Positions 1 through 6,571 of a stretch of 64,000 nt of DNA are shown here, piece by piece (the stretch's first letter is position 1; each line of letters opens with the position of its first letter). The position numbers and the translations under genes were made by a program. A model generated the notes under the pieces. The model was not told the DNA's origin, ran no database searches, and saw nothing but the letters and a program-made list of their open reading frames with translations. Source of the stretch: an uncultured virus (IMG/VR IMGVR_UViG_3300009154_000049) (lineage: Duplodnaviria; Heunggongvirae; Uroviricota; Caudoviricetes); IMG/VR virus record IMGVR_UViG_3300009154_000049; one strand, 5' to 3'.

Positions 1-2
1 AT

Positions 3-85
3 GCTGAGTTGGCACAGTGGCGACTGCACCGCTTTTGTAAGGCGGAACACAAACATCGGGGGTTCGAGTCCCTCACTCAGCACCA
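3..85 (+). tRNA. tRNA-Thr(TGT) with enlarged 12-nt variable loop
   Basis: Acceptor GCTGAGT/ACTCAGC, anticodon arm CCGCT-TTTGTAA-GGCGG, GGTTCGAGTCC T arm, encoded ACCA. Confidence 0.85.
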
Positions 86-107
86 TAACACGGACAGGAA
101 ACACAGG

Positions 108-266
108 GTGAAGCGTCTGTGGTATATCTGGGCCAAGAGCCTGGGTGAGAAAGCCAGCGATGATCCCAGCATCGCTGACAGAGTAGCAGTGGTTAGATCA
201 GTGATAGTGCTGAGCTATCTGCTCACCAACCTGTTCATCATCGCCGGTGTGATAAGGCACTGGTAG
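108..266 (+). CDS. small membrane protein of a common phage family (WAKSLGEKA...RHW)
   Basis: GTG start after a purine-rich RBS; 52 aa with one hydrophobic segment. The ORF-track extension to position 9 overlaps the tRNA. Confidence 0.7.
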   Translation: MKRLWYIWAKSLGEKASDDPSIADRVAVVRSVIVLSYLLTNLFIIAGVIRHW

Positions 267-277
267 ACAATTCATAT

Positions 278-355
278 CGGGGCGTGGCTCAGCCTGGTTA
301 GAGCGCTGGTCTGGGGGACCAGAGGTCGTGAGTTCGAATCTCGCCGCCCCGACCA
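278..355 (+). tRNA. tRNA-Pro(GGG)
   Basis: CGGGGCG/CGCCCCG acceptor, CTGGT-CTGGGGG-ACCAG anticodon arm, TTCGAAT loop, ACCA. Confidence 0.95.
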
Positions 356-369
356 TTCACAGTGCTGTT

Positions 370-978
370 TCAGCGCGTGAAAAACAGATCGTTTTGGAAT
401 ATCTCGCAGCAGCGCCAACCCTGAGATTCGATCATTGATATGCAGTCTCGGGGTGATTCTACGCTCAGCAGCCTGGTTGGCATCTTTGCCCACGGCATGC
501 GGCGCGCTATCTCAAAGCTGAGTCCTTCCGCGTCGATGGTCACGAAGTCAATCTCCATGCCTATCTGCTTGATCAGATTCTTTGAAGTGAGGCAGGGAAC
601 ATCCGTTTGATATAGATTGGATAGCTCAGACTCATACCACCAATCGCTGCGTATGCTGCTCTTGCGGCTTGGACCATTAGGGCCATGTGGATCCTGCTTG
701 TCATAAATGGTAACGGTGTCTCCCTGATATTCTGGGCGCACTATAGCAGCCTGAATGATGGTGCAGCGTTCCATGACACCGCGAGATTCGTAAAGCTGGC
801 GCATGCTACGGCAGTTGGCTTCGTGTGGTTCTACCAGCACAGCATGCCATCCTGATTCTATGAGATTAAGCGTTTGACTCTGTGCCAGTCCGTCATGGGC
901 TCCGATTTCCAAGCATCGGCCCACTTGCGACCCGAAGAAATCACGTATCCAGGTATCTTGCCCATGTGAACAATACAT
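370..978 (-). CDS. FkbM-family methyltransferase
   Basis: YSHGQD start, LEIGAHDG motif I, VLVEP, IDFVTIDAEG. Confidence 0.85.
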   Translation of the reverse strand: MYCSHGQDTWIRDFFGSQVGRCLEIGAHDGLAQSQTLNLIESGWHAVLVEPHEANCRSMRQLYESRGVMERCTIIQAAIVRPEYQGDTVTIYDKQDPHGPNGPSRKSSIRSDWWYESELSNLYQTDVPCLTSKNLIKQIGMEIDFVTIDAEGLSFEIARRMPWAKMPTRLLSVESPRDCISMIESQGWRCCEIFQNDLFFTR

Positions 979-991
979 GGATTACTTATCA

Positions 992-1067
992 GCCCAAGTA
1001 TCCCAATGGCAGAGGAGGCTGTTTCAAAAACAGTCAGTTGGGGGTTCGAGTCCCTCCTTGGGCACCA
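992..1067 (+). tRNA. tRNA-Leu(CAA), short variable arm
   Basis: GCCCAAG/CTTGGGC acceptor, GCTGT-TTCAAAA-ACAGT arm, 5-nt variable loop, ACCA. Confidence 0.85.
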
Positions 1068-1071
1068 TCAT

Positions 1072-1147
1072 GCTCTCTTGGTGAAACTGGATATCACAGG
1101 AGTCTACGAAACTCCAGTTCCAAGTTCGAAGCTTGGGGAGAGCGCCA
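1072..1147 (+). tRNA. tRNA-Arg(ACG)
   Basis: GCTCTCT/GGAGAGC acceptor, GGAGT-CTACGAA-ACTCC arm, CCAAG-TTCGAAG-CTTGG T arm, GCCA. Confidence 0.92.
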
Positions 1148-1167
1148 AAAGTTTTTCACTATACCCG

Positions 1168-1195
1168 TTGACAACGATCACAGCGGTGTTATAGT
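1168..1195 (+). promoter_or_regulatory. sigma70-type promoter driving the large ncRNA
   Basis: TTGACA-N16-TATAGT with TG extension; the -10 box ends 9 nt before the ncRNA 5' closing strand. Confidence 0.8.
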
Positions 1196-1204
1196 AATTC
1201 TATA

Positions 1205-2097
1205 GACGCTGAGCACGGCAACGTTCACAGCGCAGAAATTGGGGGCTTGGCCTCAATAGGATAAGCGCAGTGATGCGCCCAAAGCTGGAATGCTCACATA
1301 CCAGCGCTGTGCGAACAGTCCATCTAAGCAAGCCTGCTCACCCTGGAAACAGGGCCTTAGCTCATCAAACGGCTGAGGTAACAATGAAGCTGGTGTTGTG
1401 GAGAGAACGGATGTTCAAGCGCCCGCAAGGGTAACGCAGGCGTCCGGAGAGTAACAGGTGGTGCTGACCTCACAACAGACCAACCAGCCAACTGGTATGA
1501 GAAAGGGTAGTGTTCGTGTCCGAGCTTCGCAGGCAAGGGCTAGAGCGCAGTATGCGTGGTGATTGGTGCGCCCGAGGAGGAGCGCGTCAGTTGTCGCAAA
1601 ATACCACGGAGTAGCCGGCAGGTGAAAGGTATGCGGCGTGTTGTATTGAGTGGGGCAAAACTCCATTCAGCAGCTGAAGTAGCACGTCGTTGTGGGTTTG
1701 CACATAGCTCATTTGGTAGAGCAATCCTAGCATAAAGGATCGGTAGTGGGTTCAATTCCCTCTGTTGAAAAACGCAAAGTCTACTTCGGTTGGATGTGTA
1801 AGATGTCAAACGCTTGGGGCGCAAGCTAACCAAGTCCAGAGAAAGCTCGCAAGGCCTATCTGGTTCATACATGGGGGTTCGTAACGACTTAGCGGTCGTG
1901 AATAGCTCGCAAGGCTAACGGGATGGATTGTGTGGAGTAGCATCCAGCGACAGGTCTACTGCCTGACCTTATAAACGGCGACATTGTCTATGGACCCAGT
2001 GACTGGTCACAGCACAGGGTGGATGTCGGGAGAAAGCGGCTCGCAAGGCCAGTGATAATGCCCGAGGCATAGATGTAAGACGTGTAATCTCAGCGTC
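1205..2097 (+). ncRNA. large structured ncRNA, probable GOLLD-class RNA (~893 nt)
   Basis: No credible ORF; 5' GACGCTGAG (1205-1213) is the exact reverse complement of 3' CTCAGCGTC (2089-2097); many GNRA-capped hairpins; internal tRNA-like domain; own promoter and downstream hairpin; located in a phage tRNA cluster. GOLLD assignment rests on size, context and architecture, not a covariance-model search. Confidence 0.8.
1698..1770 (+). pseudogene. tRNA-like domain (CAT anticodon) embedded in the large ncRNA
   Basis: TA-GCTC-ATTTGGTA-GAGC D arm, ATCCT-AGCATAA-AGGAT anticodon arm, GGGTTCAATTCCC T arm; mismatched acceptor stem, no CCA. Confidence 0.8.
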
Positions 2098-2102
2098 CGC
2101 AA

Positions 2103-2133
2103 AGTGGCTCTAATGGGGCCATTTCTGCTTTTT
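2103..2133 (+). terminator. hairpin plus T-rich tail after the ncRNA (terminator or processing site)
   Basis: AGTGGCTC-TAATG-GGGCCATT then TCTGCTTTTT. Confidence 0.55.
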
Positions 2134-2217
2134 GGAGGTATGCGAGCAAGGTGCTCAAGCGGTCTTGAAAACCGCGCCACCGCAAGGTTGATGGTTCGAT
2201 TCCTTGTACCTCCGCCA
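2134..2217 (+). tRNA. tRNA-Ser(TGA)
   Basis: GGAGGTA/TACCTCC acceptor, GCGGT-CTTGAAA-ACCGC arm, long variable arm with GCAA loop, GCCA; compact D arm and weak T stem. Confidence 0.8.
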
Positions 2218-2220
2218 AGT

Positions 2221-2295
2221 TGGGGAATAGTTAAACTGGTATAACTGCGGATTCTGACTCCGCCATTCGAGGTTCGAACCCTTGTTCCCCAGCCA
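2221..2295 (+). tRNA. tRNA-Gln(CTG)
   Basis: TGGGGAA/TTCCCCA acceptor, GCGGA-TTCTGAC-TCCGC arm, GCCA. Confidence 0.93.
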
Positions 2296-2314
2296 ACCTT
2301 TTCAAACACATCAT

Positions 2315-2390
2315 TGGGGAATGGCGCAATTGGTGGCGCAGGGGACTTTGAATCCCAAGGCTGTAGGTTCGAGTCCTACTTCCCCAGCCA
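2315..2390 (+). tRNA. tRNA-Gln(TTG)
   Basis: TGGGGAA/TTCCCCA acceptor, CTTTGAA loop, GTAGG-TTCGAGT-CCTAC T arm, GCCA. Confidence 0.93.
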
Positions 2391-2532
2391 CATGCTCTAA
2401 TCCGTGTGAGCCATAACCAAAACGCATGTGTCCGCGCAGCACGCAACACAGTCATGCGCTGCACACAGTTGTGTTGTGCACCGCAAGGTGATATATATGA
2501 GAGAAGGCACTTGCCAAACACACAGAGGACAC

Positions 2533-2742
2533 ATGGACATGATAATCACGATGATCAACAAGCAGATAGTCAAGATCAACGACTGGTGCAGGGTCAACCG
2601 CACGGTCAACGAGCTCAGCAGGCTCAGCAACAGGGAGCTAGCTGATCTGGGCATGAGCCGTTGCGACATCTATCGCATCGCCAAGCAGAGCGTGAACAAG
2701 CAACGCGATCATGAGGATCGCAGAGCAACCTATCACATCTGA
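2533..2742 (+). CDS. DUF1127 (YjiS-like) small protein
   Basis: RTVNELSRLSNRELADLGMSRCDI matches the DUF1127 pattern L..LsDr.L.DiGl.R.di; GAGGA RBS. Confidence 0.85.
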   Translation: MDMIITMINKQIVKINDWCRVNRTVNELSRLSNRELADLGMSRCDIYRIAKQSVNKQRDHEDRRATYHI

Positions 2743-2769
2743 TCCCAGTCAAAAATTAATCAAACCAAA

Positions 2770-2794
2770 CAGCAGGGGCCAAAAGCCCCTGCTG
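2770..2794. terminator. strong GC hairpin after the DUF1127 gene
   Basis: CAGCAGGGGC-CAAAA-GCCCCTGCTG, 10-bp perfect stem. Confidence 0.65.
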
Positions 2795-2805
2795 TCGCAT
2801 CTCAC

Positions 2806-2881
2806 AGACCCATAGCTCAGCAGGTAGAGCTCCTGACTTTTAATCAGGGTGTCGCCGGTTCGAACCCGGCTGGGTCTACCA
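2806..2881 (+). tRNA. tRNA-Lys(TTT)
   Basis: AGACCCA/TGGGTCT acceptor, CCTGA-CTTTTAA-TCAGG arm, ACCA. Confidence 0.95.
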
Positions 2882-2886
2882 ACTGA

Positions 2887-2962
2887 GCCCACGTAGCCCA
2901 AAGGCAGAGGCAGGAGACTTAAAATCTCCTCAGTGAGAGTTCGAGTCTCTCCGTGGGTACCA
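2887..2962 (+). tRNA. tRNA-Leu(TAA), short variable arm
   Basis: GCCCACG/CGTGGGT acceptor, GGAGA-CTTAAAA-TCTCC arm, 5-nt variable loop, ACCA. Confidence 0.88.
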
Positions 2963-2963
2963 C

Positions 2964-2991
2964 TAGACACAGCTGCGATTGGCGCTATAAT
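2964..2991 (+). promoter_or_regulatory. sigma70-type promoter
   Basis: TAGACA-N16-TATAAT. Confidence 0.7.
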
Positions 2992-3000
2992 CGTGGCTAA

Positions 3001-3077
3001 GTCCACGTGGCTCAACAGGATAGAGCGGCGGTTTCCTAAACCGCAGGTTGGGTGTTCGAGTCACCCCGTGGACGCCA
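3001..3077 (+). tRNA. tRNA-Arg(CCT)
   Basis: GTCCACG/CGTGGAC acceptor, GCGGT-TTCCTAA-ACCGC arm, GCCA. Confidence 0.95.
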
Positions 3078-3094
3078 AATTAGAGGACCGCAAA

Positions 3095-3709
3095 ATGATA
3101 AGCACCGTAGCCAGCACCGCACTCGTGCTAGTCAGGGAAGGTTTCGAGAGCGTGCTGCTGACCAGCATGATTGCCGCTGCCTTGCCAGAGCACCATAGGC
3201 GCAGCATCAACATCAACTTCCTGGTCACGTGGTGCATCACGCTGATCGCGGGATGGTTTGCCGTGGACATCATATGGCCCTATATCGAACATATAGAGCA
3301 TGTGATGATGATCGTGACTGCGCTGGTGCTGCTCTACATATTCTTCAACAGCAGGGCCATCTTCCAGCATGCCAAGGCCCATGCCGACCAAGTCAGAGAC
3401 GGCAGCATCTGGACAGTGCAGCTCACGGTGTTTTTGATCTGCCTGCGCGAAGCCTTGGAATCCACGGTGTTCCTGGGCAGCGAGATACATTCTGACCCTG
3501 CTGGCGTAGTGCAGGGGTTGCTGCTGGGACTGCCTGCCATGCTGCTGCTGATTTGGTCCGTGTCCCTGGCCAACAAGACGACCAAGAGCCTGATCAATCG
3601 CATCATGTTTCGCTACGTAGGCTACGCGCTGCTGGCCATGGCCATCTATTACCTGTTCCATGGCATGACCGAGCTGGCCGAGCAGGCATTTGGCATCAAC
3701 CTGCTCTAG
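3095..3709 (+). CDS. FTR1/EfeU-family iron permease
   Basis: Two RExxE motifs (REGFE, REALE), multiple hydrophobic helices, GAGGA RBS before ATG 3095. Confidence 0.85.
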   Translation: MISTVASTALVLVREGFESVLLTSMIAAALPEHHRRSININFLVTWCITLIAGWFAVDIIWPYIEHIEHVMMIVTALVLLYIFFNSRAIFQHAKAHADQVRDGSIWTVQLTVFLICLREALESTVFLGSEIHSDPAGVVQGLLLGLPAMLLLIWSVSLANKTTKSLINRIMFRYVGYALLAMAIYYLFHGMTELAEQAFGINLL

Positions 3710-3734
3710 ACAAGCGCACCTTGCGCGGTATAAT
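3707..3734 (+). promoter_or_regulatory. sigma70-type promoter
   Basis: TAGACA-N16-TATAAT. Confidence 0.7.
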
Positions 3735-3769
3735 GTATCAGACTGACAACCACCATAAGGAGCTAGCAC

Positions 3770-3985
3770 ATGGCTAAATCGCCAAAGAAAACTGTAAAGA
3801 CCCTGAGCGACAAGCTGACCAAGATCAACGACAGCTTCACAGTAAACCTCTATGATAACGGCTTCATGGTAGAAGCAGGTGGTCGCGATGACAACGACGA
3901 GTGGATCACTGCCAAGATCATGGTCTCCACTATCGAAGATCTGGTCACTGTGATCCGCGAAGCAGCGGACATGGAACGCAGCTGA
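3770..3985 (+). CDS. hypothetical phage protein (71 aa)
   Basis: AAGGAG RBS, promoter upstream, coupled TGATG junction to the next gene. Confidence 0.8.
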   Translation: MAKSPKKTVKTLSDKLTKINDSFTVNLYDNGFMVEAGGRDDNDEWITAKIMVSTIEDLVTVIREAADMERS

Positions 3986-4404
3986 TGTTGGAATGCCTGA
4001 TCCTGGGTGACAGCATAGCAGCAGGTATCTCAGCCGCGAGGCCTGAGTGCGTGAGCATGGTCAAACCTGGGATCAACAGCAGGGATTGGTGGCAGCACAA
4101 TGGCCACCGTCCATTGATAGACATGATGGAATACCACACCGTGGTTATCAGCCTGGGCACCAATGATCTCAGCTTGGTACCCAGCTTTAGCTATCTTGAG
4201 CTGGTGCGCAACAAGATCAGAGCAGACAGGGTGCTGTGGATAGTGCCACAGCCAAGGTTTAACGAAGCACGCACCGCAGTGCTGTCCGTGGCTGATCAGT
4301 TCAGGGACGGCATCATAGAGATACCATCCAAGGATCTTGCCAAGGATCAGATACATCCCACTGCTAGCGGGTATAAATCATTGGCAGCAGAGACCAAGCG
4401 ATAA
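3985..4404 (+). CDS. SGNH/GDSL hydrolase
   Basis: Blocks ILGDSIA, SLGTND and DQIHP. Confidence 0.85.
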   Translation: MLECLILGDSIAAGISAARPECVSMVKPGINSRDWWQHNGHRPLIDMMEYHTVVISLGTNDLSLVPSFSYLELVRNKIRADRVLWIVPQPRFNEARTAVLSVADQFRDGIIEIPSKDLAKDQIHPTASGYKSLAAETKR

Positions 4405-4478
4405 GCTCTCATAGTATAAAAGTATTACACCGTATTGGTAATGCGGAAACGCAGGGGCGGTACCTGCTGGGAGCACCA
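4405..4478 (+). tRNA. tRNA-Thr(GGT) with non-canonical D and T loops
   Basis: GCTCTCA/TGGGAGC acceptor, CCGTA-TTGGTAA-TGCGG arm, T stem GCAGG/CCTGC with loop GGCGGTA, D loop lacks GG, ACCA. Confidence 0.8.
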
Positions 4479-4553
4479 TAAACAGCTGAGAATTACTACA
4501 CTAATATGACGCTGACCATGGTATAAGTACGGCAAAGCATCAGGGAGAAGGCT

Positions 4554-5609
4554 TTGGCCAAGGTACTGTTCATACTCAAGCGCAGAGAAGACTACAACGC
4601 AGTCACACACAATCATGTTGGACTCAGCACCGGACTGTTCAATTCAGCCAGCTTCGTGGACCAAATGCTCGCAGACGGCGGCATTGACAGCAAGCTGGTG
4701 GTAGTCACAGACAACAATGACATCGACAGAGAAGTCACAGCCTATCAACCTTCCCACGTGATCATAGAAGCGCTCTGGGTAGTGCCCAGCAAGTTTGCGG
4801 TGCTGCAGCGCCTACACCCTGCTGTGACATGGATCATACGACTGCACAGCGACATGCCCTTCATGGCCATGGAAGGCATGGCCATGGACTGGCTCTGCGA
4901 CTACAGCAGCTTTGCCAACGTGGTAATAGCCTGCAACGCACCCCGCATGCTGCGAGAAGTCTCAGACATCATAGCCACGCGCAACCGTTGGACTGTTCAA
5001 CAGACCAGAGACAGGGTGATATACCTGCCCAACTACTATCCCGAAGGCCACAAGACCAAACAGTTTGACCATCGCAAGCCCAGCCTGGACATCAGCTGCT
5101 TTGGCGCAGTGCGTCCATTGAAAAATCATCTGCTGCAGGCCATAGCCGCGCTGGAGTTTGCCAACCGCATGGGCAAGAAGCTGCGGTTCCACATCAACAG
5201 TGGCAGGATCGAGGGCAAGGGCGAGCCCATCATGCGTAACCTGCAGAACCTCTTTGAACAGCTGCATCCCACAGGCCACAGGCTGATCGCACATGATTGG
5301 ACACCCAGAGACAGGTTCCTAGAGCTGTGTGCCAGCATGGATCTAGGCATGCAGGTCAGCTTCAGTGAAACATTCAACATCGTGGGAGCTGATCTGATCA
5401 GCCAAGGCGTGCCTCTGGTGGGCAGTGCTGAGATACCCTGGGGTGTAGGGCTGTTTGCTGCTGATCCAACCAGCAGTGCTGACATGGTGCGCAAGCTGCA
5501 CCTCAGCTGGGAGCTGCCTTGGCTCAACACTCGCTGGCAGCAGCACAGGCTCAGCAGCTATGGTCGTGAGACTCAGCGCCTGTGGCAGAGATATTTCACT
5601 GCTAAATAA
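4554..5609 (+). CDS. GT-B (GT4-like) glycosyltransferase
   Basis: ISCFGAVRPLKN and SFSETFNIVGADLISQGVPLV resemble the GT-B donor-binding region; TTG start. Confidence 0.7.
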   Translation: MAKVLFILKRREDYNAVTHNHVGLSTGLFNSASFVDQMLADGGIDSKLVVVTDNNDIDREVTAYQPSHVIIEALWVVPSKFAVLQRLHPAVTWIIRLHSDMPFMAMEGMAMDWLCDYSSFANVVIACNAPRMLREVSDIIATRNRWTVQQTRDRVIYLPNYYPEGHKTKQFDHRKPSLDISCFGAVRPLKNHLLQAIAALEFANRMGKKLRFHINSGRIEGKGEPIMRNLQNLFEQLHPTGHRLIAHDWTPRDRFLELCASMDLGMQVSFSETFNIVGADLISQGVPLVGSAEIPWGVGLFAADPTSSADMVRKLHLSWELPWLNTRWQQHRLSSYGRETQRLWQRYFTAK

Positions 5610-5613
5610 TCAC

Positions 5614-5823
5614 ATGAGCAAGCACAAACATTCAGTCAAGAGCCATATATGGCGCGGCGGTATCCTCACCGTGTTCGAAGAGTTCTTTGACAGCTTGGAA
5701 CATGCTCTGCACTACAGCAGGCAGACTGGCGCTCAGACCACCAAGATCTATCACGTGGACAGCGGTGAGCTGGTTCACAGCGCATCCAGCACAGGGCCCA
5801 GCGCCTCAGAGACCTACGCCTGA
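5614..5823 (+). CDS. hypothetical protein (69 aa)
   Basis: ATG 5 nt after a TAAATA box; genome-typical codons. Confidence 0.65.
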   Translation: MSKHKHSVKSHIWRGGILTVFEEFFDSLEHALHYSRQTGAQTTKIYHVDSGELVHSASSTGPSASETYA

Positions 5824-5870
5824 AAGCACACATTGCGTCACTGACTGCATAAATACAGCAGAGGTGAACT

Positions 5871-6296
5871 ATGAACGTGAACGAAAAAGGTGTAACAGGT
5901 TTAATAGAAGTTATCAGGGATCTAAACCGTAAAGGCTACGAATGCTTTACGCCTTTTAATGATTTCAGCGCCGTTGATTTGATAGTAGTGAATAAAGATT
6001 ATCAAGTTAGACGCTTACAGGTCAAATATAGAGCATTTGATAAAGTAGATCAGATACATTTAGAACTTTTTAGTATAGTAAACGGTAAAAAAATTCCAAT
6101 AAATCGCACAGCAATAGATGCTTATGCTATCTATATTCCAGATGTAGATTGTGTTTGCTATTATCCAATATGCGATATAGCTGCGGATAAAAAAAGCTTT
6201 ATTGTGCGAAAATCACAGGGCAAGAAGACAATAAACGTTGACAAAAAGCCAGCTCCAGTATATAGTGAGTTATTAGACGAGATGAGATTGTGGTAA
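5871..6296 (+). CDS. free-standing PD-(D/E)XK endonuclease (I-Ssp6803I/PDDEXK_5-like homing endonuclease)
   Basis: KG..G...(E)..P....S.VDLIV....RLQVKY pattern; visibly AT-rich relative to flanks; stop codon abuts tRNA-Ser. Confidence 0.75.
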   Translation: MNVNEKGVTGLIEVIRDLNRKGYECFTPFNDFSAVDLIVVNKDYQVRRLQVKYRAFDKVDQIHLELFSIVNGKKIPINRTAIDAYAIYIPDVDCVCYYPICDIAADKKSFIVRKSQGKKTINVDKKPAPVYSELLDEMRLW

Positions 6297-6384
6297 GGAG
6301 TCCGGGCAGGACGGTAATGCAGCGGCTTGCTAAGCCGTACAACCCGTGAGGGTTGACAGGGTTCGATTCCCTGGGGCTCCGCCA
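6297..6384 (+). tRNA. tRNA-Ser(GCT)
   Basis: GGAGTCC/GGGCTCC acceptor, GCGGC-TTGCTAA-GCCGT arm, long variable arm AACCCGTGAGGGTT, GCCA. Confidence 0.92.
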
Positions 6385-6397
6385 AAACTCGTTAGTT

Positions 6398-6423
6398 GGG
6401 TTCGAATCCCTCCCTCACCGCCA
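6398..6423 (+). pseudogene. 3' fragment of a second tRNA (Ser-like)
   Basis: GGGTTCGAATCCCTCCCTCACCGCCA = T loop + acceptor 3' strand + CCA with no 5' half. Confidence 0.75.
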
Positions 6424-6466
6424 AAATTCCCAGAGATTTCAACATGAGATTACCGTAAAATAGCTG

Positions 6467-6494
6467 TTGACAGCTTGCTCTTACGTGCTATAAC
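6467..6494 (+). promoter_or_regulatory. sigma70-type promoter followed by a structured leader
   Basis: TTGACA-N16-TATAAC; leader hairpins GGGCA-ATCG-TGCCC and TAACCC-ACT-GGGTTA. Confidence 0.75.
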
Positions 6495-6571
6495 TGTAGT
6501 CATGGCGAGGGCAATCGTGCCCAGGGCCATACTGGATAACCCACTGGGTTAGAGCAAACGGAGAGACTGAA

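Noticed and set aside
27..46. GTA (Tyr) reading of the first tRNA because of its long variable region
   Set aside because: Stem CCGCT/GGCGG centres TGT in the 7-nt loop; the GTA register does not pair.
1016..1035. TCA (opal suppressor/Sec) reading of the tRNA at 992
   Set aside because: Only the register with loop TTCAAAA gives a 5-bp stem, so the anticodon is CAA. Genes here end normally in TGA, TAG and TAA, so there is no sign of recoding.
1205..2097. rRNA fragment, group I/II intron, tmRNA or RNase P as the identity of the long RNA
   Set aside because: No rRNA universal motifs, no interrupted host gene or recognisable intron core, no tmRNA-type ends, no RNase P GAGGAAAGTCC motif. Judged by eye only.
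1415..2309. ORF-track ORFs overlapping the ncRNA and tRNAs (1415-1666, 1540-1872, 2007-2309 and similar)
   Set aside because: Antisense to structured RNAs, no RBS, no recognisable protein features.
6398..6423. attP/attR site of an integrative element
   Set aside because: No integrase in the window and the fragment does not duplicate the adjacent tRNA's 3' end; kept as a tRNA remnant, although an att role cannot be fully excluded.
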